DNA of 64,000 nucleotides from Oscillospiraceae bacterium (GTDB lineage Bacteria; Bacillota; Clostridia; Oscillospirales; UBA929): NCBI GenBank assembly GCA_031549735.1, contig JAVBPF010000002.1, positions 19,790 to 83,789 of the forward strand, read 5' to 3'. Shown piece by piece: positions 1 to 8,164 of this stretch (position 1 is its first letter; each line of letters starts with the position of its first letter). The notes under the pieces were generated by a model. It saw only the letters and a program-made list of their open reading frames with translations, ran no database searches and was not told where the DNA came from. The position numbers and the translations under genes were made by a program.

Positions 1-720
1 ATTATGGAAGTCAACCGCGCGCGCCGTCGTGTGGTCGGTTCCATCAACGCGGCTACACAGGAAGAGCGCCGCACCAAATCCGAAGAGGTCTGGAACAACA
101 TAGAGGTTGGAAAAACCTACAAAGGCACGGTCAAGAGCCTGACCAGTTACGGCGCCTTCGTTGATATCGGCGGCGTGGATGGTATGGTGCATGTCTCCGA
201 GCTGTCATGGAGCCGTCTCGGCCATCCGTCCGAGTTGGTGCAGATTGGCGACGAGATTTCGGTCTATGTGCTCTCATTTGATCCTGAGAAAAAGAAAATC
301 TCTCTGGGCCACAAGGATCCCAACCAGAATCCGTGGAAGCAGTTCATTGACACCTGCCAGGTTGGCGATGTGGTCAACGTCAAGGTGGTCAAGTTTATGC
401 CCTTTGGCGCGTTTGCCGAGGTCATCCCGGGCGTTGACGGTCTCATCCACATCGGGCAGATCTCCGATACCCGCATCGACAAGCCCGGCGACGTGCTGAC
501 CGAGGGGCAGAAGGTGGACGTCAAGATCACGGCCATCGATATGGAGAACAAAAAGATCTCGCTGTCCATCCGTGCGCTGATCGAACAGCCGGCTGTGGCG
601 GACGAAGCCTATGATCCGAGCCTGGCCGACGAGGTCGTGGCCACCTCGGGCGACAACGGCGCAGACGCGATTGAGATCGTGCCCGATGAGGCGCTGACGA
701 CAGGCGACGAGCAGGTGTAG
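1..720 (+). CDS. rpsA: 30S ribosomal protein S1-type protein, C-terminal part (5' end outside window)
   Basis: Frame open to window edge; tandem S1 repeats (GTVKSLTSYGAFVDIGGVDGMVHVSE; VKVVKFMPFGAFAEVIPGVDGLIHIGQ); acidic C-terminal tail; stop at 718-720. Confidence 0.8.
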   Translation: MMEVNRARRRVVGSINAATQEERRTKSEEVWNNIEVGKTYKGTVKSLTSYGAFVDIGGVDGMVHVSELSWSRLGHPSELVQIGDEISVYVLSFDPEKKKISLGHKDPNQNPWKQFIDTCQVGDVVNVKVVKFMPFGAFAEVIPGVDGLIHIGQISDTRIDKPGDVLTEGQKVDVKITAIDMENKKISLSIRALIEQPAVADEAYDPSLADEVVATSGDNGADAIEIVPDEALTTGDEQV

Positions 721-738
721 TTTTTCTGTGAGTGATTG

Positions 739-776
739 GGGCTTCTCCAAACGGAGGAGCCCTGTTTTTGTGTGTT
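739..776 (+). terminator. Intrinsic terminator after the S1 gene
   Basis: 10-bp stem GGGCTTCTCC (739-748) / GGAGGAGCCC (753-762) with one G-U pair, loop AAAC, then TGTTTTTGTGTGTTTT. Confidence 0.65.
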
Positions 777-961
777 TTGGGGGGAGCCTGATCGGCGTGG
801 ACAGAGATTCCTCCATCCTATTTAGTGTTTATTTGGATTGAGGTGAATTTATCTCATCTTGATATATTACTAAACAATAGGGAGGAATAAAAATATCACT
901 ATAATTTGCTGATGCCTGTCGTTTCTGATGTATTGAATCAGGAAATTGTTGAAAATTATGG

Positions 962-990
962 TTGACGAATAGAGAGGTCTTAAATATAAT
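962..990 (+). promoter_or_regulatory. Sigma-A-type promoter ahead of the peptidase-like gene
   Basis: TTGACG (962-967), 17-nt spacer, TATAAT (985-990) inside an AT-rich non-coding gap. Confidence 0.5.
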
Positions 991-1115
991 GATGCCAGAA
1001 TCAGGTTTTTCCTGTTGCTCACTATGGAGGAGGGAAGGGGGGAGCATGAGCCGCGCATGAGTGCGCTATCATGATAAATCAGATTGGGATAAAAGAGTTT
1101 GGAGGAAAAAATCTT

Positions 1116-2384
1116 ATGAAAAAGTCAGTTGTTAAGACGATCGTTGTAATTCTGCTGATGACCTTGGTGCTGAACAGCAGCATGTCCGCATTCGCGTTTT
1201 CAATAAGCACGAAATGGGAAGATAAATTAAATACTTTTGAGCCGGCTTTCCCGATCATCACAGAGGACGACTTGTTTATTTCTGATGAGGTCGCGTTTTA
1301 CATAGCCGAAATGTTCGTCCGGGATATGATCGCCACGCAGACGACCTGCTGGAACGAAGCCACAAAAATTGTGAGTACCACCATCATGTATGACGAGACC
1401 GGAGAGAACATAACCGCGTATACGTTTGAGTTAAGCCGTGGATATGTCGTCGTCGCGGCGCGCATAGACTTACCCGAGATCATCATGGAGTGGTCGGATG
1501 TAGCAGCCCCGATATACACAGAGTTTGACTTGGGTCCAAACGACACGGTCGTTTATCTCGGGATGCTGGATTACCTGGTCGAAAACGATGAGGACACCTT
1601 GGAGACACTTGACGGAACTATCGTGTCCAAGGAAGAAGTCTATAATTACTTCGATGAGATTTGCAGCATTGACAACGTCCGGGAGGATTTACTGACGGAC
1701 ATTGTTGAGTCCAAGCAAGCGGCTTCCACACGGGCGGGCGAGGTCTCGCTCCTTTCGAATACCTATGGCAGCGATATCACCGACCCTTTTGCCTATGCGT
1801 CCAATGTGTACGGATTCAGCTACATATGCTCGGATTACGCCAACAATTGGGAGAGTCACGCGAATTTTGCGGTAATGTCCAGTTTTAGTGGTTATGCAAA
1901 ACATTGCGGGCCAACAGCCATTACCAATATCATCAAAATGCATATGTCAAAATACAACCGAGGCAATAGAAGCAATATCAATACATTCACCGAAGTGATT
2001 GCGGCGAATACCGCGGCGGGCGGAAAGTATTACAGCTCTTCTGGTGGAACGCAGAACAGCACAGCGAATTCCTTTATTCGTGATTCTTTTGCGCGGTTTG
2101 GTGTGACAGTACAAGTATACGGGCGATATGTACCAACTTATGTAAATGTGAAAAACGCGACGACAGCAAACCGCTTGATGTACTTGATGCTGCTCAATCA
2201 TGAGTTATATGGGGATCACCATATTGTCGGTTATGCGTATACTCGTTTGCAGAACACATCTCTCCCAACGGTTTACAAATTATTTGTCAAAATTGCAGAT
2301 GGTTGGTCTACCAGCGCAAGATACGTCGATATGACATCCGCATCATCGTTCTCACATACCTACTGGGAAGTCTATTTTTCCTAA
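1116..2384 (+). CDS. Secreted papain-fold (clan CA) cysteine peptidase candidate, streptopain (C10)/staphopain-like, with long N-terminal pro-region
   Basis: ATG 1116 (MKKSVV) downstream of GGAGG. Signal peptide ends ..SSMSAFA. Motif HCGPTAITNIIKMH (Cys codon 1905-1907) is followed by GDHHIVGYAY (His codons 2217-2222) and ADGW. These are co-linear by eye with streptopain GCVATATAQIMKYH / GGHAFVIDG / NWGW. About 230 aa precede the Cys motif. Confidence 0.55.
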   Translation: MKKSVVKTIVVILLMTLVLNSSMSAFAFSISTKWEDKLNTFEPAFPIITEDDLFISDEVAFYIAEMFVRDMIATQTTCWNEATKIVSTTIMYDETGENITAYTFELSRGYVVVAARIDLPEIIMEWSDVAAPIYTEFDLGPNDTVVYLGMLDYLVENDEDTLETLDGTIVSKEEVYNYFDEICSIDNVREDLLTDIVESKQAASTRAGEVSLLSNTYGSDITDPFAYASNVYGFSYICSDYANNWESHANFAVMSSFSGYAKHCGPTAITNIIKMHMSKYNRGNRSNINTFTEVIAANTAAGGKYYSSSGGTQNSTANSFIRDSFARFGVTVQVYGRYVPTYVNVKNATTANRLMYLMLLNHELYGDHHIVGYAYTRLQNTSLPTVYKLFVKIADGWSTSARYVDMTSASSFSHTYWEVYFS

Positions 2385-2416
2385 CATTCTAACATTTTAG
2401 GATATTGAGGTTGTGA

Positions 2417-2451
2417 TTTATCCGGCCAGACAATGGTTTTGACCGGATAAA
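2417..2451 (+). terminator. Hairpin between peptidase-like gene and first paralogue (possible partial terminator)
   Basis: TTTATCCGG (2417-2425) / CCGGATAAA (2443-2451), 17-nt loop, followed by CCTTTTG. Confidence 0.3.
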
Positions 2452-2474
2452 CCTTTTGACGGGAGGCGGCTCAC

Positions 2475-2891
2475 ATGTTCGGACATAAACGCCGAAGAAC
2501 CCTGCTGTTGATTGTAATCATTGCACTATTGCTTCTGACATCGATAATCCTTGTGGTAATCACACAGAATGGATTGAAAACAATGGACTACCAAATCAAC
2601 TGGTCGGATGTTACCGAGGTGTTTATCCAGAATGGCAGCACAGGGGAGCAGATTATTTATACAACGCCCTCCGACATCAAAGAAATCACCGACTATTTTG
2701 CGGCTTTTCAATATAGAAGAACCGAAAAAATGCTGCCTGACCGTGGTGGTTGGAGCTATCGTGTCGCCATAATGATCGGCAGGCAGCAGTACAGCTATGA
2801 ATTCGGGAGCAATTGGGTAGAAATTGATCATGTCCGCTACTATTCGGACGAGGCGTATTTCCAACGCTATATTGATTTGTTTGAGGAGTGA
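2475..2891 (+). CDS. Membrane-anchored small protein, paralogue 1 (unknown function)
   Basis: 138 aa; basic N-terminus plus one hydrophobic helix (LLLIVIIALLLLTSIILVVI), then ~100-aa domain; GGAGG before the ATG; paralogous to 2934-3356. Confidence 0.75.
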   Translation: MFGHKRRRTLLLIVIIALLLLTSIILVVITQNGLKTMDYQINWSDVTEVFIQNGSTGEQIIYTTPSDIKEITDYFAAFQYRRTEKMLPDRGGWSYRVAIMIGRQQYSYEFGSNWVEIDHVRYYSDEAYFQRYIDLFEE

Positions 2892-2933
2892 TTTCGGAAA
2901 GCCTGATCCGGAACATGACAGGAGGCGACACAA

Positions 2934-3356
2934 ATGCCCAAACCAAACCGTCTCAAATCTCCGCTGCTGATCGGAGCCGCCGCGCTGCTAGTCCTGTCGG
3001 CAGTCGTCGTCCTCGTGTTGTTCATAAGTGAAAGAGAGAGGGAAGTGGACTATCAGATCAACGGGCCGGACATCACCGAAGTGTTTATCCAGAACGGCAC
3101 CACAGGGGAGCAGGTTTTTTGTACAATGCCTTCCGAAATCAAAGAAATCACCGACTATTTTGCTGCTTTTCGATATCGAAAGTCGGAGAAATTGCCACCC
3201 GGAATCTTTGACGGGTGGAGTTATCGCATTGCCATGATGATAGATAATCAGCAGCATAGCTACTTGTTTGGAAGCGACTGGGTGGAAATTGACAAGGTGC
3301 GCTACTATTCGGATGATGCGTATTTCCAACGCTATATCGATTTGTTTGAGGAATAA
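2934..3356 (+). CDS. Membrane-anchored small protein, paralogue 2 (unknown function)
   Basis: 140 aa; single N-terminal helix (LLIGAAALLVLSAVVVLVLFI); shares DYQIN..D(V/I)TEVFIQNG(S/T)TGEQ, IKEITDYFAAF, GWSYR, VRYYSD(E/D)AYFQRYIDLFEE with 2475-2891. Confidence 0.75.
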   Translation: MPKPNRLKSPLLIGAAALLVLSAVVVLVLFISEREREVDYQINGPDITEVFIQNGTTGEQVFCTMPSEIKEITDYFAAFRYRKSEKLPPGIFDGWSYRIAMMIDNQQHSYLFGSDWVEIDKVRYYSDDAYFQRYIDLFEE

Positions 3357-3458
3357 TAAAGCGCGGCTTTATCTATAGATTCACCTCAAAGGTCGGCCGT
3401 GTACGAGAACACCGCCCCTTTGCCCATTCACCACTCTCCAGAGCAATCACATGACAAA

Positions 3459-3484
3459 AGGAGGACGGGGCGACTCGTCCTCCT
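3459..3484 (+). terminator. GC-rich hairpin downstream of the paralogue pair (possible terminator, no U-tail)
   Basis: AGGAGGACG (3459-3467) / CGTCCTCCT (3476-3484), 8-nt loop, flanked by A-runs on both sides. Confidence 0.3.
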
Positions 3485-3495
3485 AAAAAAGCCTC

Positions 3496-3545
3496 TTGAC
3501 ATATATAGATCATCTACCTATAATGGTATATAGATGATCTATATA
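3496..3545 (+). promoter_or_regulatory. padR promoter with two palindromic operator copies
   Basis: TTGACA (3496-3501), 17 nt, TATAAT (3519-3524). A perfect 15-nt inverted repeat TATATAGATCATCTA (3502-3516) / TAGATGATCTATATA (3531-3545) brackets the -10 box. Each arm contains its own TAGAT-N-ATCTA palindrome. Confidence 0.7.
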
Positions 3546-3561
3546 AGGAGAGGAAAGCGAA

Positions 3562-3918
3562 ATGGCCATTGACAAAAGCCTATTGTCTGGAAGCACCTCC
3601 ATGCTGCTGCTGAGTCTGCTTGGTAAAAATGAGATGTATGGCTACGAAATGATTGAGGCATTGCAGCGGCAATCGAACCAAGTCTTCTCGCTTCAGGCGG
3701 GAACGCTGTACCCGTTGCTGCATGGACTGGAAGAGCGCGGTTGGGTTGAGTCGGAGCAGCGTTTGGCTCCGAACGGGCGTGCGCGTAAATACTACCGCAT
3801 CACCTCTCGGGGCAGAGGCGCGTTGAGTGACAAGAAATCTGAATGGCGCGTCTTTGCCAAAGCGGTCGGCCATGTTTTGGAAGGAGGCGACCAACGTGCA
3901 AGTGTTTACGGAGGTTAA
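3562..3918 (+). CDS. PadR family transcriptional regulator
   Basis: 118 aa; winged-helix PadR signature (EMYGYEMIEAL...LQAGTLYPLLHGLEERGWVESE...ARKYYRITSRG); AAGGAGAGG before the ATG. Confidence 0.9.
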   Translation: MAIDKSLLSGSTSMLLLSLLGKNEMYGYEMIEALQRQSNQVFSLQAGTLYPLLHGLEERGWVESEQRLAPNGRARKYYRITSRGRGALSDKKSEWRVFAKAVGHVLEGGDQRASVYGG

Positions 3919-5284
3919 GGACTATTTAACGGCCGTTTGCGAGCAGATTCGCTGGAAAGGCGCACGCGATGTGGTTGCTCAGGAATTGGAGGATCACATT
4001 CAGGATCAGGCGGAGGCCTTTGTAGAGGCTGGCGCGGATGTATCTTCCGCTACACAGAAAGCCATCCGTGAAATGGGTGACCCCGTTGTGACCGGTCAGC
4101 GGCTTGATCGGCTCCATCGCCCCAAAACCGACATCGTCATGCTGGTGCTGGTATCGCTTTTAATTCTTTTCGGCGGCCTTGTGCAGTATCTGCTGTCGCT
4201 GGCGGAGCCCTCCTATACAGGAGATTTGTTAAGCCACTATTGCCGATACGCGCTGATGGGCGTTTCCGCTTTTGCTGCCATCTTTTTTGTCGATTTCAGT
4301 ATCCTTGGCCGCCGTCCTATGGTGATTTTCGCGCTTCTCCTCGTGATCGGAGCAGGCATCGGCTTGTTTGCGCAACCTAATCCCACTGCTCGGGTGACAG
4401 GATTTTCTGTGGCGCTTCTGTTTGTTCCCGCCTTTGCCGGAATCATTTTCAGTCAGCGGGGCAAGGGCTATAGAGGCTTGTTGATTTGCTGCCTGTTTTT
4501 CGTGTCGGCCGCCGCCGTCTGTCTCTATCTGCTTGCTCTGGGCGGGCTTATCCTGCTGACATTGGCCTGTTCGGTTTTGCTGGCCGCCACCATTGGCCGG
4601 GGTTGGTTTTGCGTGAAGAAGTGGATTGCCATTCCGTCCGTATTTCTTCTTCCGGTGCTGGTGGTTGCGTTGATACCCGGCGTGGGACGGCGCTTGTTCA
4701 TGGCCGTAGCGCCCCAGCTCGATCCGACGCATCACGGGTATATGGGATTCATGCTCAGACAGATCCTGTCCGGCGCACAGCTTTGGGGTCCGGCTGAGCT
4801 GTCTGGGACGCTGAGCGGACAGCCGGTTGAACATCTGCTCCCGACATGGAATACCGATTTCGTGTTGACCTACTTGATGGCTCGCTACGGTATCCTTGTC
4901 GGAGCTCTCCTGGTGGGACTGCTTGTGCTGCTGATTGTCAAGCTGTTCCGCGCCGCTTTCAGGCAGAAGAGTGCGTTGGGCTTCATCGTGTTTCTGTCGG
5001 TCGCCATGGCTTTCGCGGCGCAGAGCATGATTTATATTTTGAATAATGTGGGCGTGTTTCTGTTCAGCTCGCTGTTGCCCTTTTTGTCGTCCGGCGGCAC
5101 CGGCTTTGTTGTCAATATGGTGTTGTTGGGGATGGCTTTTTCGGCGGTGCGGCGCAATGATATCATCCGGGACAGCACGTTGAGTAAAAAGAGAGCACAG
5201 GTTTGGCACCTTTCGTATACGGGAAAGAAGAAGTGGCTCAAGAAGTGGCTGGGTGCGATGAATCGGAACGAAGCCAGTGATTGA
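3896..5284 (+). CDS. SEDS (FtsW/RodA/SpoVE)-like polytopic membrane protein with N-terminal cytoplasmic helical domain of the type found after padR genes
   Basis: Start set at GTG 3896, 8 nt after AAGGAGG (3881-3887), overlapping the padR 3' end by 23 nt (ORF track starts at 3827). N-terminal ~90 aa are soluble (DYLTAVCEQIRWKGARDVVAQELEDHIQD...IREMGDP). These are followed by many hydrophobic helices. LLPTWNTDFVLTYL and PFLSSGGTGFVVN resemble RodA LPExHTDFIF and PLVSYGGS. Confidence 0.7.
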   Translation: MQVFTEVKDYLTAVCEQIRWKGARDVVAQELEDHIQDQAEAFVEAGADVSSATQKAIREMGDPVVTGQRLDRLHRPKTDIVMLVLVSLLILFGGLVQYLLSLAEPSYTGDLLSHYCRYALMGVSAFAAIFFVDFSILGRRPMVIFALLLVIGAGIGLFAQPNPTARVTGFSVALLFVPAFAGIIFSQRGKGYRGLLICCLFFVSAAAVCLYLLALGGLILLTLACSVLLAATIGRGWFCVKKWIAIPSVFLLPVLVVALIPGVGRRLFMAVAPQLDPTHHGYMGFMLRQILSGAQLWGPAELSGTLSGQPVEHLLPTWNTDFVLTYLMARYGILVGALLVGLLVLLIVKLFRAAFRQKSALGFIVFLSVAMAFAAQSMIYILNNVGVFLFSSLLPFLSSGGTGFVVNMVLLGMAFSAVRRNDIIRDSTLSKKRAQVWHLSYTGKKKWLKKWLGAMNRNEASD

Positions 5285-5310
5285 TTAGGCCCGCAAGCAG
5301 AGCAGAAAAA

Positions 5311-5349
5311 AAGGCCGTGCTGCAAACATGCGTTTTGCAGCACGGCCTT
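5311..5349. terminator. Bidirectional hairpin terminator between SEDS-like gene (+) and dapB (-)
   Basis: Perfect 16-bp stem AAGGCCGTGCTGCAAA (5311-5326) / TTTGCAGCACGGCCTT (5334-5349), 7-nt loop; A7 upstream gives a U-tail on the minus strand. Confidence 0.75.
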
Positions 5350-5354
5350 AAAAA

Positions 5355-6113
5355 TTACCCCTCAATCAAGTCCTTCATGCTGTACAGCCCCGGTTCGGTG
5401 GCGCCGCTCATAAACAACGCGGCGCGCACGGCTCCGGCGGCAAAGACCTCGCGGGAGGTGGCGCTGTGACTCAGGGTGATGACCTCATGGTGGCCGTAAA
5501 ACCCGACCTCGTGTTCGCCGACAACGGTGCCGCCGCGTACAGCGTGCATCCCGATGTCATGGGGACGGCGCGCCTCGCGGACATCGTGCCGGTTGTAGAT
5601 CGGAGTAGGCTCGTAGGGGAGGGCCGCGGCCGCCGCGTCATAGAGCATGTTGGCCGTGCCGCTGGGCGCGTCGAGCTTGCGGTTGTGGTGGCGCTCGATG
5701 ATTTCAATGTCAAAACCCTCACCCAGCGTCTTGCAAGCCTGTTTAACAAGCTCGGTCAGCAGGGAAATGCCGAGCGACATGTTGGCCGAGCGGAAAATGG
5801 GGATGCGCCGACCGGCGGCTTCGATGGCGGCCACCGCTTCAGGATCGTGGCCGGTGGTGGCGATGACCAGCGGAATCTCCCGCTTTTGGCAGTAGTCCAG
5901 CAGCCCGGGCAGAGCGCTGACGTGCGAGAAGTCGACGCACACATCAGGCTTGCCGGTATACTCCATCGGGTCGGCATAGACCGGATAATCAAATTTTTTG
6001 GCGGTATTCAGGTCGAGTCCCGCCACAATGTAAGCGTTTGGGGAATCGGCGCACAACGCAGACACGGCCAGACCCATCTGTCCGTTGCAGCCGGAAAGCA
6101 ATATCTTTTGCAT
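5355..6113 (-). CDS. dapB: 4-hydroxy-tetrahydrodipicolinate reductase
   Basis: MQKILLSGCNGQMG Rossmann N-terminus and E(R)HHNRKLDAPSGTA motif; start taken at ATG 6113 (ORF track 6122 is an upstream GTG). Confidence 0.9.
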   Translation of the reverse strand: MQKILLSGCNGQMGLAVSALCADSPNAYIVAGLDLNTAKKFDYPVYADPMEYTGKPDVCVDFSHVSALPGLLDYCQKREIPLVIATTGHDPEAVAAIEAAGRRIPIFRSANMSLGISLLTELVKQACKTLGEGFDIEIIERHHNRKLDAPSGTANMLYDAAAAALPYEPTPIYNRHDVREARRPHDIGMHAVRGGTVVGEHEVGFYGHHEVITLSHSATSREVFAAGAVRAALFMSGATEPGLYSMKDLIEG

Positions 6114-6152
6114 CACATTCACACCTTTAGATTTAGACAGCCGACGCCGTCT

Positions 6153-7040
6153 TTACGCCATCAGGCCGGCATTGCGCATGGCCTGAACCAATCGTTCCCT
6201 GTTGGCGGCACCCATCTCGCAAAGCGGCATCCGGAGCGGGCCGCAGTCAAAGCCCATCAGGTTGAGCGCCGTCTTGACCGGAATGGGGTTGACCTCACAA
6301 AACAGCGCGTCGATCAGATCCTGATAGGAAATCTGCAGATCGGCGGCCTCCTTGGCCTTGCCCTCAAACCAAAGGCTCACGATGCGCGCCGTATCCTTTG
6401 GAATGATGTTGCCCATCGTGGTGATGACACCCTGACCGCCCATGCTCAGAATGGGCAGAATGATGTCGTCGTTGCCCGCCCAGACATTCAAGTCGTCACC
6501 GCACAGGGCGCGAATGCGCGCCACCAGTGTGAAGTCGGCCGAAGCCTCCTTGACACCATTGATGTTGGGGTGCTCGGACAGCGCTTTGAAAGTAGCAGGC
6601 GCAGTGCCCAGACCAGTACGGCCGGGAATGTTGTACAGAATGATGGGGATGTTTACCCGGTCAGCCAGATAGGTGAAGTGTTGAATCAGGCCGGTCTGGG
6701 TGGTCTTGTTGTAGTACGGGGTGACGATGAGCAGCGCGTCGGCGCCCGAAGCCTCGGCGGCCTGGGACATCTCCAGCGCGTGGGCCGTGTCGTTGGAGCC
6801 GGTACCGGCGATCACCGGGACGCGGCCTGCCGTTGTCTTGACACAACGGGCGATGGTCTCGAGATGCTCGGGTGTGGTCTGGGTCGAGGCCTCGCCGGTG
6901 GTGCCGCACACCACAAGCCCGTTGATGCCCTGCTCAATTTGATATTCGATATTGCGGTCAAATTGTTCAAAATTCAGACCGTCTTTGGTGAAGGGCGTTA
7001 CCAGCGCCGTCGCCGCGCCGCGAAATACCGGTGTCTTCAT
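6153..7040 (-). CDS. dapA: 4-hydroxy-tetrahydrodipicolinate synthase
   Basis: 295 aa; GAATALVTPF, VCGTTGEA, TPYYNK and KEAS (Schiff-base Lys) motifs. Confidence 0.93.
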   Translation of the reverse strand: MKTPVFRGAATALVTPFTKDGLNFEQFDRNIEYQIEQGINGLVVCGTTGEASTQTTPEHLETIARCVKTTAGRVPVIAGTGSNDTAHALEMSQAAEASGADALLIVTPYYNKTTQTGLIQHFTYLADRVNIPIILYNIPGRTGLGTAPATFKALSEHPNINGVKEASADFTLVARIRALCGDDLNVWAGNDDIILPILSMGGQGVITTMGNIIPKDTARIVSLWFEGKAKEAADLQISYQDLIDALFCEVNPIPVKTALNLMGFDCGPLRMPLCEMGAANRERLVQAMRNAGLMA

Positions 7041-7084
7041 GTTGCTTCTCCTTCCATTCTCCCGATCCGCCGGATTCCAGCGGA

Positions 7085-8164
7085 TCAGTCCATGTACCCT
7101 TCGGCGCAGAGCAGCTCGGCCGCCAAAACGGCGCCACCGGCCGCGCCTCTGAGCGTGTTGTGGGACAGGCAGATGAACTTGATGTCGTATTGGGTGTCGG
7201 GGCGAACGCGTCCAACCGATACAGCCATGCCGCCCTCGAGGTCGCGATCCAACTTGGTCTGCGGTCGATTGTCTTCCTCGAAGACATGCAGGAACTGTTT
7301 GGGAGCGCTGGGCAGTTTCAGCTGCTGCGGCCGTCCGGAAAATTCGGTCATCATGGCCTTGATCTCCTCAACCGACGCCTTTTTCTCGAACCGGGCAAAC
7401 ACGGCGGCCAGGTGCCCGTCGGTGACCGGGACGCGGATACATTGCGAAGTGACTCGCGGTTTTATGGCCGGAACCAGAGCGCCGTTCTCGATGTGTCCCC
7501 AAATTTTCATCGGTTCGTTGTCCGACTTTTCTTCCTCGCCGCCGATGTAGGGGATGACGTTGTCGATCATCTCGGGCCAGCTTTCGAAGGTCTTGCCCGC
7601 ACCCGAGATGGCCTGATAGGTACAGGCCAGCACTTCGGTGGGTTTCAGACTCAGCAGCGGATGGATGGCCGGGACATAGCTCTGGATGGAGCAATTCGAT
7701 TTGACCGCGATAAAGCCCCGTTTGGTGCCCAAACGTGCGCGCTGGAAGGGAATCAGCTCGGCATGCTCCGGGTTGCATTCGGGAATCAACATGGGCACGT
7801 CGGGCGTGTGGCGGTGCGCCGAGTTGTTGGAGATGACGGGGCATTCGGCCTTGGCATAGGCCTCCTCCAGAGCGCGGATCTCATCCTTTTTCATATCGAC
7901 GGCACAGAAAATGAAGTCACAGCGGTCGGCGATGACCTTCAGGTCGGCCACGGCGTCTAAAACCATCAACTCTTTGACCGTGTCGGGAATCTCGCCGACC
8001 ATGGCCCAACGTCCCTTCACGGCCTCCTGATAGGTGCGTCCGGCGCTGCGCGCGCTGGCGGCCACCGTTTCGATGGAGAACCAGGGATGTTTGGCCAGCA
8101 ACGTAACAAAACGCTGTCCCACCATACCGGTTGCGCCGACAATGCCTACTTTGAACTGTCTCAT
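7085..8164 (-). CDS. asd: Aspartate-semialdehyde dehydrogenase
   Basis: Start at ATG 8164 (MRQFKVGIVGATGMVGQRF) after GGGGGA. NCSIQSY active-site Cys region is present. The ORF-track extension to 8677 runs through the riboswitch and is rejected. Confidence 0.9.
   Translation of the reverse strand: MRQFKVGIVGATGMVGQRFVTLLAKHPWFSIETVAASARSAGRTYQEAVKGRWAMVGEIPDTVKELMVLDAVADLKVIADRCDFIFCAVDMKKDEIRALEEAYAKAECPVISNNSAHRHTPDVPMLIPECNPEHAELIPFQRARLGTKRGFIAVKSNCSIQSYVPAIHPLLSLKPTEVLACTYQAISGAGKTFESWPEMIDNVIPYIGGEEEKSDNEPMKIWGHIENGALVPAIKPRVTSQCIRVPVTDGHLAAVFARFEKKASVEEIKAMMTEFSGRPQQLKLPSAPKQFLHVFEEDNRPQTKLDRDLEGGMAVSVGRVRPDTQYDIKFICLSHNTLRGAAGGAVLAAELLCAEGYMD

Noticed and set aside
3827-3895. Upstream ATG starts (3827, 3872) for the SEDS-like ORF
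   Set aside because: They lie deep inside padR and have no RBS. GTG 3896 has AAGGAGG at the ideal distance and gives an N-terminus typical for this domain. The start remains unproven.
5466-7550. 694-aa plus-strand ORF spanning the dapB-dapA-asd region
   Set aside because: It is antisense to three genes with unmistakable enzyme motifs. Its product is Arg/Gly/Ala-rich and low-complexity, which is typical of a shadow ORF in GC-rich DNA.
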